Part shown: positions 28,940 to 37,899 of the stretch, one piece after another
Position numbering within the stretch: position 1 is the first letter of the stretch
Layout: every line of letters begins with the position of its first letter
From: a virus
Virus genome (UHGV): UHGV-0144499
Strand: one strand, 5' to 3'
DNA length: 46,145 nt
The notes under the pieces: model-generated
The model's database searches: none
Told to the model about the DNA's origin: nothing
What the model saw: only the letters and a program-made list of their open reading frames with translations
Made by a program: the position numbers and the translations under genes

Positions 28940-29059
28940 GAAATTCTCTCCCGCAGTGTTTGCACTTCTTCAATGTGATAGCCATTTGTTAACCTCAATA
29001 TTAAACTCAGTTGCGTTTCATGTCAAGAACGCTTGCGCGTTTCATGTGAGTAAATTACA

Positions 29060-29986
29060 ATGAATCTACATCATAGTCAACTGGAAGAAATTATGCGATA
29101 CGACTGGAAGGATATAGAGCCTTTAATGGTAGGTAACTGGGAGGCTGCTCTACTCTCAATAGTGAATATTGACAGGAATGTTTTTAATGGAAAGCATCAG
29201 CCATGCCCTCATTGCATGGGTAAGGACAGGTTTAGGTGGGATAACAACTTCGAAACAAAAGGTGACGGCGGCGCCATCTGCAACCAGTGCGGAAACGGCA
29301 GCGGAATCACCTGGCTAATGAAGCTGTCAGGAATGACGTTTCCTGAGTCAATGGAAGCACTGGCCGGATTTCTTAACATGCATCCAAGAGAAAAACTTGA
29401 GGCGATTAGAAAGCAACTTCCGAAGGTCAACCATGCTTCTGACTACCTGACAGAGGCAGAAGTGGCGGCCATAATGGAAAAAGCAGGAGGCGACACCATA
29501 ACCGGCAAAACTGGTGAACTGGTGGCGATACCACTCTATATGGCTGGAACTATGACGCCATGCAATGTGGCTTTTATGGCTGATGATGAAACCGTTTCAT
29601 TTCGAGCGGGGTTCAGCCATGAATACACTCGCGGAAGGCTAACGCGCGGCGCAGTGACACCCATCGGCGATAAGACGGAGTGGACATACCTTGTGTCCAA
29701 TTACTTTGACGCATGGCGAGCGCATCGGCTTACCGGCGCCCATGTCTGGTGCTGCTGGTCTCCTGAAAACATGTGGGAAGTTGTGCGCAATGTGAGCGAT
29801 GAGCAGCGAGCCAAACTACGCTGTATCATTAATAATAATTTCGATGAGGTATGCGCAGCCGAGAATGCAGATATTCCGATACTGATTACTGATGATGGTC
29901 ATGATATTCGTTACAGCGGCGCCATCAGAAAAAGACTATATAAACCAGAAGAGCTATTTGAAGCACTAAAAAATAAACCCTCCTGA
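29060..29986 (+). CDS. DNA primase-like protein with DnaG-type CHC2 zinc-binding domain (308 aa)
   Basis: QPCPHCMGKDRFRWDN...GAICNQCGNGSGITWLMKLSGMTF matches the DnaG zinc-binding signature; lone + strand gene inside the minus-strand replication block. Confidence 0.55.
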   Translation: MNLHHSQLEEIMRYDWKDIEPLMVGNWEAALLSIVNIDRNVFNGKHQPCPHCMGKDRFRWDNNFETKGDGGAICNQCGNGSGITWLMKLSGMTFPESMEALAGFLNMHPREKLEAIRKQLPKVNHASDYLTEAEVAAIMEKAGGDTITGKTGELVAIPLYMAGTMTPCNVAFMADDETVSFRAGFSHEYTRGRLTRGAVTPIGDKTEWTYLVSNYFDAWRAHRLTGAHVWCCWSPENMWEVVRNVSDEQRAKLRCIINNNFDEVCAAENADIPILITDDGHDIRYSGAIRKRLYKPEELFEALKNKPS

Positions 29987-30000
29987 TGGAGGGTTTTTGT
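29975..30000. terminator. bidirectional rho-independent terminator
   Basis: aaaccctcc-tgat-ggagggttt then TTTGT; the primase stop codon lies in the loop. Confidence 0.5.
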
Positions 30001-30356
30001 TACTCAAGATTGTACTTTTTGACGGCAGCATCAATAGCCTTGCAGCAGTGCCTTATTGCTCTCATTTTTGTGTTTGATTTGCCACACGCATGTATCTGGT
30101 GAGCACCGTCATGGAGATAAATTAAATCAGTAGCGATGGCTCTCCAGTCATTATCGTGAGACGTAACTCCACGCCTAAAGCAAAGAAAATAATGACCATT
30201 AAAGCATTCCTGAGTAAGATCCATTACCTCAGAATGAAATACGGACGCATCAAATAAACACTGGTCTGCCGCGCCTTGCAACCCGAACCACATGCCATCA
30301 TGAGTGCCTGACATGGCGTAATAAACTGCGGCAGTAACGCGAGTATTAACTTTCAT
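30000..30356 (-). CDS. hypothetical protein (118 aa)
   Basis: ORF ATGA-coupled with upstream replication gene. Confidence 0.45.
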   Translation of the reverse strand: MKVNTRVTAAVYYAMSGTHDGMWFGLQGAADQCLFDASVFHSEVMDLTQECFNGHYFLCFRRGVTSHDNDWRAIATDLIYLHDGAHQIHACGKSNTKMRAIRHCCKAIDAAVKKYNLE

Positions 30357-32008
30357 TTCAGACCTCTCATGAATTTCATCCTGTTAACAGCAGCTGAAAG
30401 TATGTTTCTCACCGAGGCATTCATTCGCAAACCAGACCAGGAACCTTCATCCCTGAATACGATTTTTGACCCGCCATTAATAGCAGAAGCCTCAATGTCG
30501 ATAGGTGAGTGTCTGTTTTCTGTAATGGAAACCAGAACCTCAGAAATGAACCTGTCAGGCGTTACCTGTAAATGATTTGAGTTTGCCGCCTTGATGATTG
30601 TCTCAATTCGACCACGGCACAATCCGCTTTTCAGTACGGAAGTGTAAGGCTTATTAATGAATTTTTTCCCGGCCATCACCTTTCTCATTTTGGCAATGAT
30701 GTTTTCCCACTCATCCTCTTCAAGGCCACTGAATGCAACGTCACCTTCTATATAATCACGAAGCGAGCGAAGGTGATTTATCACTGTCATATAAGCCCAT
30801 TCAAGATGCCTGTCGCACAAAATTGGCGTCATTCCATTGCGACTCGAAAGGTCTGCAAATGCGCATATCGAGGCAAGGTCTACGATCATCTGCCCGGCGC
30901 GCGGGACAACATCGCCAATTACACCATCTACATTTCCGAGACATTTCTCAAGGTGGCACGTAAGCTCATAACGCCTGTCGTTTACCTTTTCACTTTCAAA
31001 TTCAACGCGGGTTATTGAGCGGAGGATTCTTTGCTTCCATTCATTTACTATTCTCCTGTTTACCTCACCTGCTGGCTGCTCTCTTTTTAGTAATGGCATT
31101 TCCTCGTCATCGCCATGACCAAGGATGAACAACGTCCTGCCCATGCCACCATCCTTCTGCCATGACCTTACCGCATCAATACCCTGAACTGGCGTTACAG
31201 TGATGAGCGGAATAAATCTTGCGTTCTCAATACCTCCATCTCGCGTGCATAATTCATGCTCTGCCATCACTTTTTTCAGGTTCCTGCCGACACTGTGATC
31301 CATCTGAGACAATCTTTTATAGTCAATCATCCCATCCTGCGCACCGCCAATACGCGGAACAATCCAGCCTTCCGCCATAGCAACACTAACTATCGTCTTG
31401 GGGTTCATGGCTTTAGCCATATTCTCCTCAATATCCCTGATTATTGTCCTGGTTGGAACCCACCCACCTTCATCAGTCAAACTGCGATACCACGGCGCAG
31501 TTCCGCCAAGATATGCGCTTCTCGGGTCATTCCATGAGTCAATATGCTGCTTGTCATCGTTTACGACGTAAAGCAGAGAGCCATCACCTTCAATCATGCT
31601 GGTCTGTATCTGCTTTAATGATGTAGCAGTAGTGGTGCAAAGGCGGTCGCTTATCATCAGGGCTTCGGCATATTGCTTTATAAAATTAACTGGCGCCTGC
31701 TTGCCAGCTCCAGACCTCGCCACGAGGAAAATCCCAGTAGAGCACTTACTCCCAGTGGGGCCAATAATAAATCTACCAGCCATTATCTGAGCAAGTCCAA
31801 GCGCGCCAACAAGTCGATATTTTTCGCCATCATCACGGCGCTCGAAATTTTTCTCTATCTCATCGATGAACTCCCCAAGTGAACCGGGTGGGATCTTGTA
31901 TTTCTCTCTGAACTCAGGAATGTCAGCCTCATCGAGCGGGTCTATTGATGAATCCGCTTTCCCGACGGATTTTTTCATGGCGATAATTTCGTATGTATTC
32001 ATCAGCAA
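30353..32008 (-). CDS. putative DNA replication protein (551 aa; P-loop-like GPTGSKCS / ARSGAGKQ)
   Basis: Largest gene of the replication block, first gene downstream of the iteron region; function inferred mainly from context. Confidence 0.35.
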   Translation of the reverse strand: MLMNTYEIIAMKKSVGKADSSIDPLDEADIPEFREKYKIPPGSLGEFIDEIEKNFERRDDGEKYRLVGALGLAQIMAGRFIIGPTGSKCSTGIFLVARSGAGKQAPVNFIKQYAEALMISDRLCTTTATSLKQIQTSMIEGDGSLLYVVNDDKQHIDSWNDPRSAYLGGTAPWYRSLTDEGGWVPTRTIIRDIEENMAKAMNPKTIVSVAMAEGWIVPRIGGAQDGMIDYKRLSQMDHSVGRNLKKVMAEHELCTRDGGIENARFIPLITVTPVQGIDAVRSWQKDGGMGRTLFILGHGDDEEMPLLKREQPAGEVNRRIVNEWKQRILRSITRVEFESEKVNDRRYELTCHLEKCLGNVDGVIGDVVPRAGQMIVDLASICAFADLSSRNGMTPILCDRHLEWAYMTVINHLRSLRDYIEGDVAFSGLEEDEWENIIAKMRKVMAGKKFINKPYTSVLKSGLCRGRIETIIKAANSNHLQVTPDRFISEVLVSITENRHSPIDIEASAINGGSKIVFRDEGSWSGLRMNASVRNILSAAVNRMKFMRGLK

Positions 32009-32283
32009 ACCTTCCAGATGTACAGGAATTTACCCATCGGGCCATTTTTGGTCTTAATGTTCATGTTATGCGCAATGGCAATCTTTGCAGCATAGGAGCG
32101 GAACATGTTTCTGTTCATCCGGTACTGTGGGGGGATATCAGATAATCTGCACTCCTCTTTGTAACCCCTGACTACTGAATCTGATAAATCATTTTCGAAA
32201 TGGACGGATATCACCTCCCCGCTCTTCATGGCGGCAAGGTGGTCATAAACGAACTTCATCTTTGAGCCTTCTGCGTGCATCAC
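32002..32283 (-). CDS. hypothetical protein (93 aa)
   Basis: First ORF of the leftward early operon, RBS GGAGGAAG. Confidence 0.45.
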   Translation of the reverse strand: MMHAEGSKMKFVYDHLAAMKSGEVISVHFENDLSDSVVRGYKEECRLSDIPPQYRMNRNMFRSYAAKIAIAHNMNIKTKNGPMGKFLYIWKVC

Positions 32284-32397
32284 TTCCTCCTTCTTGCGTT
32301 ATACAAATTGTACTGAACAATATGCACTCGCGCAAACACTTTAATCGACATAAACCACCGGCATCGACGCAGTATGTATAATGGTCAATTTTTAACC

Positions 32398-32664
32398 AGT
32401 TCCCAAGAGTTCCCGCGCATTTGGGAACTCGCAGACCGCGCGTGGCAAGGCTTGCAGAGGAGTTCCCGAGTTCCCTGGGAATTCCTCTAGTAAAAAAGTA
32501 ATATATACCTTTAATAGATGTTGTTGTTTTTATTAGTGAAAATAGAATTTCTAATTTTTGGGAAAATTCATTTCTAAGGAAAAAGCTGGGAACTCGGGAA
32601 CTCTTTGATTTATAACAATAAATCGCGGGAACTCGCCCGGGAACGGCTGGGAATTACGGGAACA
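32398..32664. repeat. iteron array (about 12 copies of GGGAAC/GTTCCC) flanking a ~100-bp AT-rich core: candidate replication origin / operator cluster
   Basis: Left cluster 32399-32483 (GTTCCC x4, GGGAAC, GGGAAT); AT-rich 32490-32585 (>80% AT); right cluster 32588-32663 (GGGAAC x5, GGGAAT); at the divergence point of leftward replication genes and rightward genes. Confidence 0.55.
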
Positions 32665-32705
32665 CTGAATGAATGTACAGTATTATATTTATTTTCACCA
32701 TCATA

Positions 32706-32734
32706 TTGACGTAGATTGAGCGCCATCGTATAGT
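32706..32734 (+). promoter_or_regulatory. sigma70-type promoter TTGACG-17-TATAGT (rightward) containing the recurring motif in inverted orientation
   Basis: TTGACGTAGATTGA at 32706-32719 (reverse complement of TCAATCTACGTCAA), TATAGT at 32729-32734. Confidence 0.6.
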
Positions 32735-32764
32735 TACCACACCAACAACAAAGAGGTGATGAAA

Positions 32765-32875
32765 GATGAGCAAGAAAACACAATTTTCAGTAAGTAACTT
32801 CCATAATGAGCATGTCATGCGCTGGCACTGGCAGAAACTAAAAGAGAAACACCTTGCATCAAAGGGTAAATAAAC
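32765..32875 (+). CDS. small ORF (36 aa)
   Basis: RBS AGAGGTGA; MSKKTQFSVSNFHNEHVMRWHWQKLKEKHLASKGK. Confidence 0.3.
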
Positions 32876-32919
32876 AACATAGCGCCACTTCGGTGGCGCA
32901 TAATCAGAGGTAATGAAGA

Positions 32920-33105
32920 ATGACAAAAGCAATCTACACGCGCACTCAGCTGGAACCAGAAATGGGCGCAGTGAAAGCGCAAAACTTTATGATTGCGCAG
33001 GCGATGCATGCATACAGCAACGGTAAGCGCGTATGTCGCGTTTTTAGCGGCGAAGGAAAGCAGAGAGTGCTTGAGCAGGTTATCGTGTCATCTGTTGGAA
33101 ACTAA
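32920..33105 (+). CDS. hypothetical protein (61 aa)
   Basis: ORF with RBS AGAGGTAA. Confidence 0.45.
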   Translation: MTKAIYTRTQLEPEMGAVKAQNFMIAQAMHAYSNGKRVCRVFSGEGKQRVLEQVIVSSVGN

Positions 33106-33120
33106 ACCGGTTTAGCAACG

Positions 33121-33399
33121 ATGAATAAATTACTTGCAGTGGTTCTACTGGTTATCGCTAACGCGGCAAGCGCTGAAACGATATGGGTCACAAAGTATGC
33201 ATTGACCCGTGGCATTCAGAAGTACGAAAGCGCACAGCTATTTGCTGATGGCCAGGTGGCTGTAGTTGGCGATGTTTACTTTAACCGTGGTGAATACTGG
33301 CTTGATGAGCAGCAGGCAAAAGAGCATGCAGAGACTTTGCGGCAACGCCGTGTATCTGCGCTGATGCGTGAGCTTGAGCGTTTGCAGGCGGTTAAGTGA
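33121..33399 (+). CDS. secreted (SPase I signal peptide) small protein, 92 aa
   Basis: N-terminus MNKLLAVVLLVIANAASA|ETIW is a classical Sec signal peptide; no lipobox. Confidence 0.55.
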   Translation: MNKLLAVVLLVIANAASAETIWVTKYALTRGIQKYESAQLFADGQVAVVGDVYFNRGEYWLDEQQAKEHAETLRQRRVSALMRELERLQAVK

Positions 33400-33405
33400 G
33401 GATTT

Positions 33406-33981
33406 ATGGATATCGAAATTAACGAAGTTCAGGAAATTATTAAAAACCTTGAGGGCAGCGGTGAACTCTCAATCAAAGAGGAAAAATACCTCAAGGTTGC
33501 AAAGCTGTGCATGCAGCTGGCTGCGGAGAATGTGGCTCTGAAGAACGCCATTACAGACCATATTCATTCGGTTCACTTCTGTGACGTTTGCGGAAAGGAT
33601 GATCCGTGCAGCACTGACGATGTTTGTTATGCGCTGAAAAATATCCCCGCCACCTACCGCATCGTAGCCGGGATTAAGGCTGATGCCGCAGCAGAACGGG
33701 AAAAGACAATCACATTCACGGCAGCTAAAAAGCGCACGCAGGATGGCGTAGCGTTAATCGCTATCGGAAAGCCTTATAAAATTCACAACGATGATGTGAT
33801 CGGCGAATTCTTCATCGGTGAGCGTGGGCGCTACGGCGTAATCACCATGGACCGTATCAATTACTTCACAACGTCTGACGAATACGCATGGGAGTTTTCT
33901 CTGCGCGATGGGGCCAACTGGATGCGCCAGCATATCATTGACTCCACATTAGCTGCCGCACCGCAGGAGGATAAACCATGA
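33406..33981 (+). CDS. hypothetical protein (191 aa)
   Basis: ORF; Cys cluster CDVCGKDDPCSTDDVC. Confidence 0.5.
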   Translation: MDIEINEVQEIIKNLEGSGELSIKEEKYLKVAKLCMQLAAENVALKNAITDHIHSVHFCDVCGKDDPCSTDDVCYALKNIPATYRIVAGIKADAAAEREKTITFTAAKKRTQDGVALIAIGKPYKIHNDDVIGEFFIGERGRYGVITMDRINYFTTSDEYAWEFSLRDGANWMRQHIIDSTLAAAPQEDKP

Positions 33982-34073
33982 AGCCATACATCATCCACAG
34001 ACTGATTGCCGTATCAACTCTGGCATTCTGGATTTTTGTTGCGTTAGCCATCTGGTTTATCTTGAGGTGATTT

Positions 34074-34232
34074 ATGCTTTGGAGCGACATTCAGGCTGCA
34101 TGTGAAGAGGCTGATTTTCTTTATGAGGAGACCGGAAAGCATCACGCCGTCATTCAGGTTGGCAGTATGATGCTTGTCGTCGAGCATAACAGCATTCTTC
34201 GGCATATGTACTCAACGACGAGGTATCAGTGA
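34074..34232 (+). CDS. small ORF (52 aa)
   Basis: ATGA overlap with next gene; hand-translated. Confidence 0.3.
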   Translation: MLWSDIQAACEEADFLYEETGKHHAVIQVGSMMLVVEHNSILRHMYSTTRYQ

Positions 34233-34426
34233 TGCCGCAAAAATCAAAGCAGGAGGTTTGGAAGGCTGCGCAAATTGAAGGTGTCGACCACTTTATAGCA
34301 GCAATCGCCAAAGCCTTTCCTGATGCGATTGAGGTGGTTCACGTTAAAAGCAATAACTGTAATGTTTGGTGTTATGCGAAAACTGATGTACAATCATCTC
34401 ATCAATCATCACCCACCACCATTTAA
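34229..34426 (+). CDS. hypothetical protein (65 aa)
   Basis: ORF followed directly by terminator. Confidence 0.45.
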   Translation: MMPQKSKQEVWKAAQIEGVDHFIAAIAKAFPDAIEVVHVKSNNCNVWCYAKTDVQSSHQSSPTTI

Positions 34427-34449
34427 CCCGCTTCGGCGGGTATTTTTTA
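34426..34449 (+). terminator. rho-independent terminator
   Basis: acccgc-ttcg-gcgggt then ATTTTTTAT. Confidence 0.55.
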
Positions 34450-34527
34450 TGGCTCATGCGGCATGGTGTGGAATCTGATACAATATCCAATAACGGAAAA
34501 ATAGCGGAATATTGATGGGTTTTATCT

Positions 34528-34944
34528 ATGGCTAAAAAACTATTCAGTAGCGAAAATCAACCACAGAACAAACGCGGGAAGGACAAGAGAAAGCTGCTTG
34601 TAGAGGCTCTTGAGCGCAAGGGATTCAGCGAGGAAAAGCTGTACGATACCATTATTGAAATGGCAATGATTGAGCGCGATACCGCAATGATGAAAGAGCT
34701 TATCGTGCGGTTCAACCCCCTACCCAAGCCTGTAGCCCCTGTGTTTGAGGTCGACTTCCCGGATGATGGAACTCCGGTAGAGAAGATTGACGCAGTCATT
34801 CGCGGCATTGCATCCGGCATTATTCCCGCCGACCTTGGCAAGATGTTTGCCGAAGTTATTAAGACCGGCCTTGACGTCGCGGAAGTAACAGAGCTTGCGG
34901 TGCGCCTTGAGCGGCTGGAGAAGCTACTGGAGCAGCAACAGTAA
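34528..34944 (+). CDS. terminase small subunit (138 aa)
   Basis: Basic N-terminus (NKRGKDKRK), coiled-coil C-terminus, immediately upstream of large terminase. Confidence 0.5.
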   Translation: MAKKLFSSENQPQNKRGKDKRKLLVEALERKGFSEEKLYDTIIEMAMIERDTAMMKELIVRFNPLPKPVAPVFEVDFPDDGTPVEKIDAVIRGIASGIIPADLGKMFAEVIKTGLDVAEVTELAVRLERLEKLLEQQQ

Positions 34945-35043
34945 CTGATTTATAATAATTAATGCGGCTAGGGGGCACCCGAAAAGCGACTCATCACCGC
35001 CTGCTGCATTCACTTCAATGATGCCCTGATGAGGAATCTATAT

Positions 35044-37563
35044 ATGGCACGCAAAAGACTGTCAGCACCAGCAATTGAAAAACTTGAAGAGATTATTGGC
35101 GATGGCGTGATTGATGCGCCTGAATCTGCGGTGTTCGGTGTTGTTAATACAGATAAGCAGATTGTTCGCAAACTCAAAATGACGCAAAGCGGAGTTGATG
35201 ACGTTAGCGACTCTGATATTGGCGTTGATCACCTGATACCAGAAAAGCTGGAAAAGCTACTTTACCCCAAGAGAAATAAGATTGTGTTTGGCGGGCGCGG
35301 ATGCTTAGCCATCGGCACGATGGTGAGGATGTTTGATGGTGGCCTAAAACGCGTAGAGGATATCGTTGTTGGCGATAAGGTTATGGGTCCAGACAGTAAG
35401 TCACGAAATGTTTTAAGCATCTGTCGTGGGTTTGATGACATGTACACGGTTCATCAAAAATATGCCGATAACTACACCGTCAACTCAAGTCACATACTGT
35501 CATTACGAAAGATTCCATCTGCTATCAGTGACGAGACAAAAACACCGGATGGTAAAAGAATTTATCGTTATTACCCAAATGAACCTGAAGTACTGAACAT
35601 CGGTGTTTCAGAATATTTATCGCGCGCAACTTCTAAAAAGTTCCGCCATGTCTTTAAAGGGTGGCGAACAGGGTGGGATTTTAATGAGCAGAGCGTTCCA
35701 GTTGACCCGTACTTCCTTGGTTTATGGTTAGGTGATGGCTCATCTCGTAGTGTTGAAGTATGCACGCCTGATCAAGAGATAGTTGACTACCTTCACAGCA
35801 TAGCAAACCAATACGGGATGCAATTAAAGGCTCGGGATAAAGACAGATGTCCTGTCTATGCGATAACTAATGGCCGAACTGCTGGCATGGGGGAAAACAC
35901 CAACCCGTTACTAACTAAAATGCAGCAGCTTGGGGTGATTAATAATAAACACATACCTGACTGCTATATCAAAAACAGCAGAGAGGTAAGACTTCAGATT
36001 CTGGCTGGGCTATTGGATACTGATTCGCATTACCACAAAGAAAAGAAAAGCTATTGTTTTACATCAATAAATAAAGATATAGCCTTCTCTTTGATGGATG
36101 TAGCAAGATCGCTTGGTTTCAAGTCAAGCATAATCAAAAAGACTGATGTCACCTTTGAGTATAAAGGCGAGAAAAGAATATACGAAAAGGATGTGTGGGA
36201 GGTGTTCGTTAGTGGTGACCTTCATACAATCCCATGCCGAGTAAAAAGGAAGATAGCAGAGAGAACCAAGTCAACTCGCGGGATGATGACTGAGGTGTCA
36301 TTGTCTTATGCCGGGCATGGTGAATACGCTGGGTTCACTCTTGATGGCGATCATCTTTTCTTGCTTGCTGACGGCACAGTTACACACAACAGCGGAAAAA
36401 CAAGAACAGTAACTACAATACTTACGGAGCGTGCACGTTTCAAACCTGACAGGATGGCTTGTTTTCGTGAGATTCAGCAGTCTATTGAGGATAGTTCATA
36501 TCAGGAACTGAAAGACGAGATTGACAGGAAGGGCGAGACAAAAGAGTTCCGCGTCATCAACAACGAAATAACGCACAAGGTAACGAAAGCAAAGTTCCGC
36601 TTTAAAGGGCTGTATCGCAACCAGACGACCGTAAAAGGCTTCGCTGGCATTACAGTAGCTTGGGTCGAGGAGGCGGAAAACGTCAGCCAGACAAGCTGGG
36701 AAATCCTCACCCCAACAGTCCGCGCTGAAGGGTCAGAGATATGGGTGACTTTCAACCCAAATAAAGAGCATGACCCGACGTGGAAAATATGGGTTGAGCC
36801 TTTTTATAATAAATTGCGCGAAAATGGCGGCATCTATGAGGATGATGAAAACCTGATTATCGAGTGTAATTACTCAGACAATCCGTGGTTCTGGGATACT
36901 CCGCTCCCAAGCCAAATGCAGCGCATGAAAGAAACCGACTTCGACCGCTATCAATGGGTGTGGGGTGGGCGCTTTAATAAGCGTAATGATGAGCAGGTAT
37001 TTGGCGGTAAGTGGCGCGTTGCTGATTTCGAGGTTAAGCCGGAATGGCATGGGCCTTACTTTGGCATCGACTTTGGATTCTCGCAGGACGCAACGGCGAT
37101 GGTTGAGGTTTACATTGAGAAACTTCCTGATGACCGCCGCAACCTTTACGTCGCGCGCGAATACGGCCGTGTAGGCCTTGAGATTACCGACACACCTACA
37201 GCGATGGAGCAATCATTCCCACTCTCCAGGAAGGCAAGATGGTATGGGGACTGCTCTCGGCCAGAAACAATCAGTCACATCAAACGCGCAGGATTTGATA
37301 TCCATCCATGCAATAAGTGGCCCGGGAGCGTGGAGGAGGGTGTAACCTGGCTCAGGGGTTGCGACAGCATCATCATTCATGACCGCTGCACACAGACTCA
37401 GGAAGAGTTCACTATGTACAGTTACAAGGTGGACAAGCTGACGGGTAACGTGCTCACAAATATTGTGGATGCGTGGAACCACTTCATTGACGCAATCAGA
37501 TATGCATGCAACGATCACATCGTACAGCGTGGCTCTGGATGGATTAGAAGGGGCAGGAGATGA
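35044..37563 (+). CDS. terminase large subunit, interrupted in-frame by an intein (extein about 476 aa)
   Basis: Walker A split as VFGGRG | intein | SGKTRTVT; Walker B ITVAWVEEAEN; C-terminal nuclease-type region; start at ATG with GAGGA RBS (MARKRLS). Confidence 0.85.
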   Translation: MARKRLSAPAIEKLEEIIGDGVIDAPESAVFGVVNTDKQIVRKLKMTQSGVDDVSDSDIGVDHLIPEKLEKLLYPKRNKIVFGGRGCLAIGTMVRMFDGGLKRVEDIVVGDKVMGPDSKSRNVLSICRGFDDMYTVHQKYADNYTVNSSHILSLRKIPSAISDETKTPDGKRIYRYYPNEPEVLNIGVSEYLSRATSKKFRHVFKGWRTGWDFNEQSVPVDPYFLGLWLGDGSSRSVEVCTPDQEIVDYLHSIANQYGMQLKARDKDRCPVYAITNGRTAGMGENTNPLLTKMQQLGVINNKHIPDCYIKNSREVRLQILAGLLDTDSHYHKEKKSYCFTSINKDIAFSLMDVARSLGFKSSIIKKTDVTFEYKGEKRIYEKDVWEVFVSGDLHTIPCRVKRKIAERTKSTRGMMTEVSLSYAGHGEYAGFTLDGDHLFLLADGTVTHNSGKTRTVTTILTERARFKPDRMACFREIQQSIEDSSYQELKDEIDRKGETKEFRVINNEITHKVTKAKFRFKGLYRNQTTVKGFAGITVAWVEEAENVSQTSWEILTPTVRAEGSEIWVTFNPNKEHDPTWKIWVEPFYNKLRENGGIYEDDENLIIECNYSDNPWFWDTPLPSQMQRMKETDFDRYQWVWGGRFNKRNDEQVFGGKWRVADFEVKPEWHGPYFGIDFGFSQDATAMVEVYIEKLPDDRRNLYVAREYGRVGLEITDTPTAMEQSFPLSRKARWYGDCSRPETISHIKRAGFDIHPCNKWPGSVEEGVTWLRGCDSIIIHDRCTQTQEEFTMYSYKVDKLTGNVLTNIVDAWNHFIDAIRYACNDHIVQRGSGWIRRGRR
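35302..36390 (+). mobile_element. intein with LAGLIDADG homing-endonuclease domain (363 aa) in the terminase P-loop
   Basis: Begins CLAIGT (block A), TVNSSH (block B), LGLWLGDGS and LAGLLDTDSHY (LAGLIDADG blocks), ends ...VTHN followed by extein Ser (block G); insertion precisely between GRG and SGKT of Walker A. Confidence 0.8.
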
Positions 37564-37583
37564 GATGAGACCCCAGCAGGGGT

Positions 37584-37873
37584 CTATTTATAAAGCCAGC
37601 AATGAATCCCCGCATTGCGCATGGCCGCGTAAATAACATCATCAGAAACGACCGCCATTGCCACCCTGTCAGCGTCAACCTGCTGGTGCGAAGCCATGAT
37701 GTCATCATAGAAAACATCGTTAGCATGCAGCCACTCATACGCATGCTTTGCCCTCATGATAAGCACATCATGCCCGGCAGAGTAGAGCGACTTAGCCAGC
37801 GCAATGTTGCCAGCAATAGCATTCCTTCAGCATCGCGCAGCACGCCATCAAGCTCGAAAATGACACATTTCAT
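37584..37873 (-). pseudogene. remnant of a HAD-superfamily phosphatase gene (frameshifted/truncated)
   Basis: Frame a (37754-37873): MKCVIFELDGVLRDAEG, a HAD motif-I-like start with the first Asp replaced by Glu; frame b (track ORF 37584..37766): ...AVVSDDVIYAAMRNAGIHCW, a HAD motif-IV-like C-terminus; total far too short for an intact HAD fold. Confidence 0.35.
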
Positions 37874-37899
37874 AAGATTTCTCCGAGAGGTTTCATTTT

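Noticed and set aside
37544-37744. 66-aa minus-strand ORF (MRMSGCMLTMF...) overlapping the terminase 3' end
   Set aside because: Third-frame Cys/Met/Leu-rich translation overlapping the HAD-remnant frames and the terminase stop region; no RBS; judged non-coding.
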